NCBI GenBank assembly: GCA_022844165.1 | Contig: JALHMH010000006.1 | Span: forward strand, 64,001-128,000 | Direction: 5' to 3' | Source: Lysobacterales bacterium | Lineage (GTDB): Bacteria; Pseudomonadota; Gammaproteobacteria; Xanthomonadales; SZUA-5 | DNA length: 64,000 nucleotides | Shown: positions 58,405 through 64,000 of the stretch, one piece after another | Numbering within the stretch: the first letter of the stretch is position 1 | How the letters are laid out: every line of letters starts with the position of its first letter | Position numbers and translations under genes: made by a program | Notes under the pieces: model-generated | Told to the model about the DNA's origin: nothing | The model's database searches: none | What the model saw: the letters and a program-made list of their open reading frames with translations, nothing else

Positions 58405-58857
58405 TCAACAAGGATCGCGGCCGCTTGCTTTCTCATAGGGCGTTGCGCGGCCATCGCGCTCGCTGCCGCGGCGCAGGCTGGCGGCAGGTCGGGAGATCTC
58501 GCGGCACGCCTCTTTGCGCGCAACGCGCTCGCTGTGCACCGATTCGCCTTTGGCGCCAGAACAGCGCTCGTGCTGGTACCAAACACGCGCGCCGGCCGTG
58601 CAACGGAATGACGCCATGCGCTCGCTGCGGTCGGGCCGTCCTCGCTGCTGCCGAGCCGCCTTTTCGGCGCGCTTGCGCTCGGGTTTCGATGGCGGCGTTG
58701 GCGGTGGCTCAGCAGGGAAGCTCCAGGCTTTAATCGGGTCCGCGCATGGCCTGTCGCTGAACTGGCGTACGCCATGTTCCGCTCGGCATTCGTACACGCT
58801 GGCGGAGATGGGCCCACACAAAAGCAACAGGAGCAGCACAAAAGTGATGGAGCGCAT
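58405..58857 (-). CDS. DUF4124-like secreted protein
   Basis: Signal peptide followed by VYECR...G...FSDRPC. Confidence 0.7.
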   Translation of the reverse strand: MRSITFVLLLLLLCGPISASVYECRAEHGVRQFSDRPCADPIKAWSFPAEPPPTPPSKPERKRAEKAARQQRGRPDRSERMASFRCTAGARVWYQHERCSGAKGESVHSERVARKEACREISRPAASLRRGSERDGRATPYEKASGRDPC

Positions 58858-58992
58858 GGCGAATCGACGATTGAAGGGGAGCCGGCACACTAGCGATGCC
58901 TAAAGGCGCTGTCTGTCAGCGTTACGCTGTACTTTGCGTCAGAATTTTCTGACAGCGCGACGATTGTCCGCGCTGCCACGTAATGGGCTGAC

Positions 58993-59517
58993 ATGGATCA
59001 AGACACCGCCCAGGCTGAGCTGGATAGACGCGACTTCAAGCTCGCCGCATCGGGAGATCGTGGGGCTTTTGCGGCGATCTATCTGCGCTATGTCGGCCAG
59101 GTGTACACGTTGTGCCTGAGGCTTGCGCGGGACCGCCACCATGCCGAGGATCTGGCGCAGGAGACGTTCTTGCGTGCGCTGCGCGCTGCGCACACGTTTC
59201 GGCTCGACGCACCGTTGGGACCATGGCTGAAACGTATCGCAGCGAACCTCGCCATCGACTGGCAACGCACGCGTTGGCCGATGGCACAGCTCGACGACGA
59301 AGACACGGTTACGCCGTCCAATGTGATCGACGCCCACGCTGCACTTGATCTGCAGACTTTGCTGTCGCGTCTGCCGCTGCATGCGCGGACGGTACTTTGG
59401 CTGAGCCTCGTGGAAGGTTGGACGCACGCCGAATTGGCGGAGCGCTTCTGCCGCAGCGAGAGTTGGTCGAAGTCCATCCAATCTCGTGCTCTGAAACTGC
59501 TGAGAGGAAACCCGTGA
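58993..59517 (+). CDS. ECF RNA polymerase sigma factor
   Basis: AEDLAQETFLRA, WLKRIAANLAID and a region 4 HTH (EGWTHAELAE). Confidence 0.9.
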   Translation: MDQDTAQAELDRRDFKLAASGDRGAFAAIYLRYVGQVYTLCLRLARDRHHAEDLAQETFLRALRAAHTFRLDAPLGPWLKRIAANLAIDWQRTRWPMAQLDDEDTVTPSNVIDAHAALDLQTLLSRLPLHARTVLWLSLVEGWTHAELAERFCRSESWSKSIQSRALKLLRGNP

Positions 59518-59882
59518 TGAGCGAGGAATGGAATGATCTGGCGCGTCGGTTGCGCATGCTGCCCACAGAGGCGCCTTCCCCGGCGCTTTGGGAACGCCTC
59601 GATAGCGCCTATCGCGCGGAATTCGTCCGACGACCGCGACGGCGCATGGTGCCGTTGGCGCTGGCCGCGTGTGCTCTTTTCGCCGCCCCCGCGCTGTGGT
59701 TATTGACTCGCCCGTCTGAGGTGTCAGTCGATGTCGTCACGTTGCGCATCGAAGCCATCGATCGGGCATTGCAGCGTGCCTATCTGGAGGGCGCCAGCGA
59801 TGCCGAACTCGAGGCGTTGTGGCGCCGCCGAGAGGCACTGATCGAAGCGCGGCCGCAGCGCAATGAACCGGTTCGGATTTGA
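59517..59882 (+). CDS. Putative anti-sigma / membrane-anchored protein
   Basis: Coupled to the sigma gene; L..LP...PSPALWERL followed by one TM helix. Confidence 0.65.
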   Translation: MSEEWNDLARRLRMLPTEAPSPALWERLDSAYRAEFVRRPRRRMVPLALAACALFAAPALWLLTRPSEVSVDVVTLRIEAIDRALQRAYLEGASDAELEALWRRREALIEARPQRNEPVRI

Positions 59883-59891
59883 CACCAGGAG

Positions 59892-60743
59892 ATGATCATG
59901 AACCTCTCGATTCTGACCATGATGACGTTGCTGTCGTTGCCTGAAGCGCACCAGGACACTTTGGCTGAAAAGATCGACGCGGCGCTGTTGGACGCGCGGC
60001 CGTTGCAAGGGATCCGTTCAGTGCACCGCTTGCCGCACCGTCGTGTTGAGCTTGGCGCGTTGATCGATGTCCAGCAGAAGCGTTCCGATGGTTTAGCGGT
60101 GCGGGAGCTGACTGCGGGGAGTTTCGCGGAGCGCGTCGGCCTGAAGCCGGGGGACCAGCTTCTGGTTATCAACAGCGTCGATTTAACCGACGCCTCGTTT
60201 GCGGTGGCGGAGGCGCTGGAACTGGCGCTCGCCACCTGGCGCAATGAAATCGACATCGAGTTACGGCGCGATGGGCAACATTTGCGTCTCGTTGGAGCCA
60301 TCAACGTCCTGCCAGTCCCTGGATTTGTCATGCAGTTGACGCCAGAGGTGCCCGAAGGCAGTGGGTGTGGCTATCTCGCCAGCGCCGATACGCGGAGTGC
60401 CTCGCACAAAGTCGTTATCGAATCGGTTAACGGAAGACCGGTCAGGCCCGATTGGTTGGGGCGCATCGCCCTGCCGAGCGGGTTGCACCGGCTGACGGTC
60501 CGGCCGTTGGCCCCAAATCGCGCTGGTTGGGCGCCAGACGCGTTTCCTAGGTTCTCCGAGCCACCTTCGCTGAGTCGGCAAATGGCGCTGCGTTTTGGCA
60601 GGTCGGTCGAACGCCTGGCGACGTTGGAGGTCACTGTGGCGGTGAGTGGCGATCGACTGCTGCGATTGGGCGCCGAACGCGTCAATCGCACAACCTGGGC
60701 GGTCATCGAGATCGATGGCGGAGAACGGCGCTGCCGAGGCTGA
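59892..60743 (+). CDS. PDZ-domain protein
   Basis: ELGALID...GSFAERVGLKPGDQLLVIN. Confidence 0.75.
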   Translation: MIMNLSILTMMTLLSLPEAHQDTLAEKIDAALLDARPLQGIRSVHRLPHRRVELGALIDVQQKRSDGLAVRELTAGSFAERVGLKPGDQLLVINSVDLTDASFAVAEALELALATWRNEIDIELRRDGQHLRLVGAINVLPVPGFVMQLTPEVPEGSGCGYLASADTRSASHKVVIESVNGRPVRPDWLGRIALPSGLHRLTVRPLAPNRAGWAPDAFPRFSEPPSLSRQMALRFGRSVERLATLEVTVAVSGDRLLRLGAERVNRTTWAVIEIDGGERRCRG

Positions 60744-60790
60744 TTGCACCCTTGGTGGTTCGATGGTCGAGAGCTGATAGGAGAAAGACT

Positions 60791-61639
60791 GTGAAAACGT
60801 TGATGCTTGTCGCGGCGCTCGGCGCCGGTGTGGACCGCCAAACGACAGCGACGCTCGTGGAGGCGATCGATCATGCACTCAAGGATGGGGCCGCGACCGA
60901 ACCGGTGATGCGCCTGCCGCGTCAGATCGTCGAGCTTGGCGCCGTTCTCGATACTCGTCAGGGCCACCCGTCTGGCGCCCCGGTTGTCGCTGTCACGCCG
61001 GGTGGGTTTGCCGAAGGCATTGGCCTTCGCATTGGCGATCAGGTCACCGCGATCAACGATGTTCCGCTCCTCGCCGATGCTGCGCGGGCCTTCCGTCTGT
61101 CGCAAGCCGCGCAGGAAGAGTTGCACCTGGATGTGTTCCGCGATGGCGCGCGAATGCGTTTGTCTGGTCGCCCAGCGGCGCGCTCGCTACCAGGTTGGTC
61201 GCTCACGATGCTTCCGCCGGCCCCGATCGCGGCACCTGACTCTGGTTGCGGCTTCGTCAGCAGCAGTCAGCGAATTTCGGACCTGGACAGCATGTTGCGC
61301 ATCGAAAAGGTCAACGGCGAGCGTATTGAAGCTGTTGGCGCAGCGTCGGTGAGATTGGCCGCCGGTGTGCATCGGCTCACGGTCCGGGCCGCCGTGTTCG
61401 GCACAACCGGATTTGCCGACGGTGCACTGTCGCAGACCCCAAGTTCCGGCGGGCCAGGATGGAACAGAGTACCGACGGAATCGCAATGGCGCACCACCCA
61501 ATGGAGCGATCTGACCACTTTGGTCGAGATACGGGTGCTGCCCAATCGCCATCATCGTCTGCGCGCACGCCGCCTGTCGGATGGCAACTTCGAGATCTTT
61601 GAGGTGAGTGTCGACCAGCGCGAGTGCCCGGAAGGCTAA
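60791..61639 (+). CDS. PDZ-domain protein (paralogue of the upstream gene)
   Basis: ELGAVLD...GGFAEGIGLRIGDQVTAIN; shares SGCG and G.HRLTVR motifs with its neighbour. Confidence 0.75.
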   Translation: MKTLMLVAALGAGVDRQTTATLVEAIDHALKDGAATEPVMRLPRQIVELGAVLDTRQGHPSGAPVVAVTPGGFAEGIGLRIGDQVTAINDVPLLADAARAFRLSQAAQEELHLDVFRDGARMRLSGRPAARSLPGWSLTMLPPAPIAAPDSGCGFVSSSQRISDLDSMLRIEKVNGERIEAVGAASVRLAAGVHRLTVRAAVFGTTGFADGALSQTPSSGGPGWNRVPTESQWRTTQWSDLTTLVEIRVLPNRHHRLRARRLSDGNFEIFEVSVDQRECPEG

Positions 61640-61735
61640 CCCGCATGTTTCACGATGAAATGGCATGATTTCGTTGCAACGGCGAGGAATTCTCGAAGTC
61701 GATCGAAATGACAGACTGCTCGGCCATTTCCTTGC
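61637..61735. repeat. Degenerate copy of the 48186-48318 MITE
   Basis: TAACCCGCATGTTTCA...GAAATGGCATGATTTCGTTGCAA...GCCATTTCC matches the 48 kb element. Confidence 0.7.
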
Positions 61736-61872
61736 TAACGCCTCTGCGCGTCTGCTCTCGCGCGACGAACTCATATTTTGACCAGATAACGCCGAGATGA
61801 GAGGCACGGCGGCAGCGAGGCCTGTGTGGAAAGGCGCGCCGTTTTATTCGAACGGCACGCGAGGGCCAGGCA

Positions 61873-63414
61873 TCAGAAGCCAAGCGGAATGGCGAAGTAG
61901 AAGAAAGCGATCAGCAGCGTCGTCCAGCTCAAGAGGAAAGCGATCGAATACGGCATCATCATCAGAATCATCTCACCGAAGCTCAAATCGGGCCGATAGC
62001 GCCGCATGAAGGCGAGCACGATGCCCGCGTAAGACATCATCGGCGTGATGATATTGGTGGACGAGTCGGCCACACGATAGGCAGCGGCAACCAGATCTGG
62101 CGTCATTGCTGGATTGACCTGGTAAAGCATCGGCACGAACAGCGGCCCGAGCAGCAGCCATTTCGAGTTCAGTCCGCCGACGAACAGATTGATCGTCGCT
62201 GTGGTCAGTACAAAGCCGATCAGCAGCAGAATGGGATAGTCGGCCACGCCGGCCGCGAGCAGCGTCTGCGCGCCGAGGTAAGTGATGTAAGCGCCGAGCC
62301 CTGAGTAGGTGAGCAGGGCCAGAAAGTTATACGAGAAGAAAGTCAGCACCAATATGTAACTGGCCGCGCTCATTTGCCTGCTCATCGCTTTGACCACGTC
62401 GGTCGCGGAGCTGAAGCGGCCGCTGGCAAAGCCGAATGCCATGCCAACGATGACGAAGAACAGCGAGATCATCAATATGATGTTGTTGACGAAGGGCAGC
62501 ACGCGCTGCCCTTGAGCATTTTCGTACGGCGCCAGTGGCCCATAGGCGAAACCAGCGATGACTGCCAGCGCCAGCAGCGCGGCGCCACCGGCCCAGAGCA
62601 GTCCACGACGTTCGCCCGCATCCAGCTCGAACTCACCCAGATCAAGATCGGGCGGCACCGTGAATGGCGAATTCGCCAGTTTCGGTATGACAAAACGTCG
62701 GGTGACGTAGGCGCCAACCAGCGCCAGCAGGATCGTCGATGCGACCATGAAGTAATAGTTCATGGTCGCCGGATTCAGGGCGTTGCCAGCCGCATCAACG
62801 AAGGGCACGCCTTGCGATTCAGCAAAAATTTTTGCGTTCATGCCAACAATGACATCCGGCGGTGTGGCGGGGATCAGGTTGGCGGAAAATCCTGCCGAAA
62901 CGCCGGCAAACGCCGCTGCCATGCCGATCAGCGGATTCTGCTTCAATGCCGCGTAGAGCAGGCCAGCCAGCGGAATCAAGATCAGATAGCCGGCGTCGGT
63001 CGCCAGCGAACTCATGATGCCCAGGAACACCAGCATCAGCGGCATATACGCCAGCGGCACGCGGCGGCCGGCTTTTTTGATCAGCGCGCCGAGCAGACCC
63101 GCATGCTCGGCCACGCCAATGGCCAGGGTAACGATCAAGATGACACCCAGCACGCCGTTGCCGAACGCCAACCAGTTGGCGACCAGCGCGTTATCGAAAA
63201 TCCAGCGTATGTGTTCGGTTTCCAGAATCGGCTTGATCGATTGCGTGACCGTGCCGCTGGCACCGGGTGTCTGAAACGTATGTCCACCCAGGAGCGCCGC
63301 AATCACCAGCGTGAGCACGAACATTCCGGCGAACAACAGCACCGGGTCCGGAATCATCCGGCCCCAGCGTTCGATGCGCGAGGAAAAATCTGACTGGCGT
63401 TGCGCCTCGCTCAT
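61873..63414 (-). CDS. AbgT family transporter
   Basis: IERWG..IPDP, AAFAGVSAGFSAN and YRVADSSTNIITPM. Confidence 0.92.
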   Translation of the reverse strand: MSEAQRQSDFSSRIERWGRMIPDPVLLFAGMFVLTLVIAALLGGHTFQTPGASGTVTQSIKPILETEHIRWIFDNALVANWLAFGNGVLGVILIVTLAIGVAEHAGLLGALIKKAGRRVPLAYMPLMLVFLGIMSSLATDAGYLILIPLAGLLYAALKQNPLIGMAAAFAGVSAGFSANLIPATPPDVIVGMNAKIFAESQGVPFVDAAGNALNPATMNYYFMVASTILLALVGAYVTRRFVIPKLANSPFTVPPDLDLGEFELDAGERRGLLWAGGAALLALAVIAGFAYGPLAPYENAQGQRVLPFVNNIILMISLFFVIVGMAFGFASGRFSSATDVVKAMSRQMSAASYILVLTFFSYNFLALLTYSGLGAYITYLGAQTLLAAGVADYPILLLIGFVLTTATINLFVGGLNSKWLLLGPLFVPMLYQVNPAMTPDLVAAAYRVADSSTNIITPMMSYAGIVLAFMRRYRPDLSFGEMILMMMPYSIAFLLSWTTLLIAFFYFAIPLGF

Positions 63415-63510
63415 GGTCTGTCCCACTCATCGAAACCTCAATTTCTCCCATCGGTTCTGTGAAAGCTATGTGTAGGTGCGCCGGGGATCCACTGTTCGGA
63501 TCACGCGCCG

Positions 63511-64000
63511 TCAAGGCTGCTGTTCGAAAGCGCCGACGTCGCATGCGCCGTCGTTTCGCGGAAAACTGCGCGCGTCCAGCGTGGGACAGTACGCTGCAAG
63601 ACCAGCGTTGCGCTGCGGTGTATAGGGCGTGCTGGCATACCAACCGATCACGACGAATGGGCCATCGAATGCGGAGAGATACAAATCGACGTCCGCGGAC
63701 GGACGTTGATCGCTGGCGATGCCTGGGCAGCCCTGCACCTCGTTGGTGAACACGTTGCCGCCATCGCTGACCAGCTCGTTCGCCAGAGTCGCGGCGCAAG
63801 AGTCGCCGAACAAGCTGTTGGCATACCGCACCGTGCGCGCACCGCAGGCGGTCGAATAGCGTTTGATCAATCCAGGCCAATCCATGATGTTGCTGGCGTC
63901 GAAATTTCCGCCGATGCTGACATGGCGTAGCGTTGCGTTCCCCGAGGTTTCGATGCCCTGCCCACGACCATTCAATGCGTAGTTGCGCGATAGCGAAACA
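63511..64000 (-). CDS. Secreted beta-helix protein, choice-of-anchor-Q-like C-terminus (5' part outside the window)
   Basis: C-terminal CPTLDAR.FPR...ACDVGAFE motif. Confidence 0.65.
   Translation of the reverse strand, partial: VSLSRNYALNGRGQGIETSGNATLRHVSIGGNFDASNIMDWPGLIKRYSTACGARTVRYANSLFGDSCAATLANELVSDGGNVFTNEVQGCPGIASDQRPSADVDLYLSAFDGPFVVIGWYASTPYTPQRNAGLAAYCPTLDARSFPRNDGACDVGAFEQQP

Overview
High-GC bacterial chromosomal window, probably Xanthomonadales (inferred from gene content and a secreted protein ending in ...FANGFE). The housekeeping backbone comprises ffh (partial), ppx, ppk1, parE, icd, gshA, an iscA-like gene, asnS and glnS. The main feature is an ~18 kb accessory/defence region between ppk1 and parE. 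Its left half (9728-18876, minus strand) is a tightly packed operon: ADP-ribosylglycohydrolase, WGR-containing H-Y-E PARP, macrodomain, ARM/HEAT protein, wHTH-SWIM protein, a structurally complete retron ncRNA (14-bp a1/a2 repeat, 17-bp msd stem) and a retron reverse transcriptase. This is a type XIII-like retron coupled to a full ADP-ribosylation writer/eraser set, an arrangement I do not recognise as described. The right half (18934-28002) is a separate 9 kb cassette bounded by a perfect 27-bp direct repeat. It holds an SF1 helicase, a TIGR04255-like three-gene module, a type III-like Mod methyltransferase, dinD and an internally deleted Res gene. Elsewhere there are a Septu/PtuAB-like ATPase-HNH pair right after icd, gene remnants, a rifampin-phosphotransferase-like gene with TetR and operator, a pentaheme cytochrome and several MITE/REP-like repeat families. 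No CRISPR array, tRNA, rRNA, integrase or transposase was seen. Family names come from motif recognition, not database searches.
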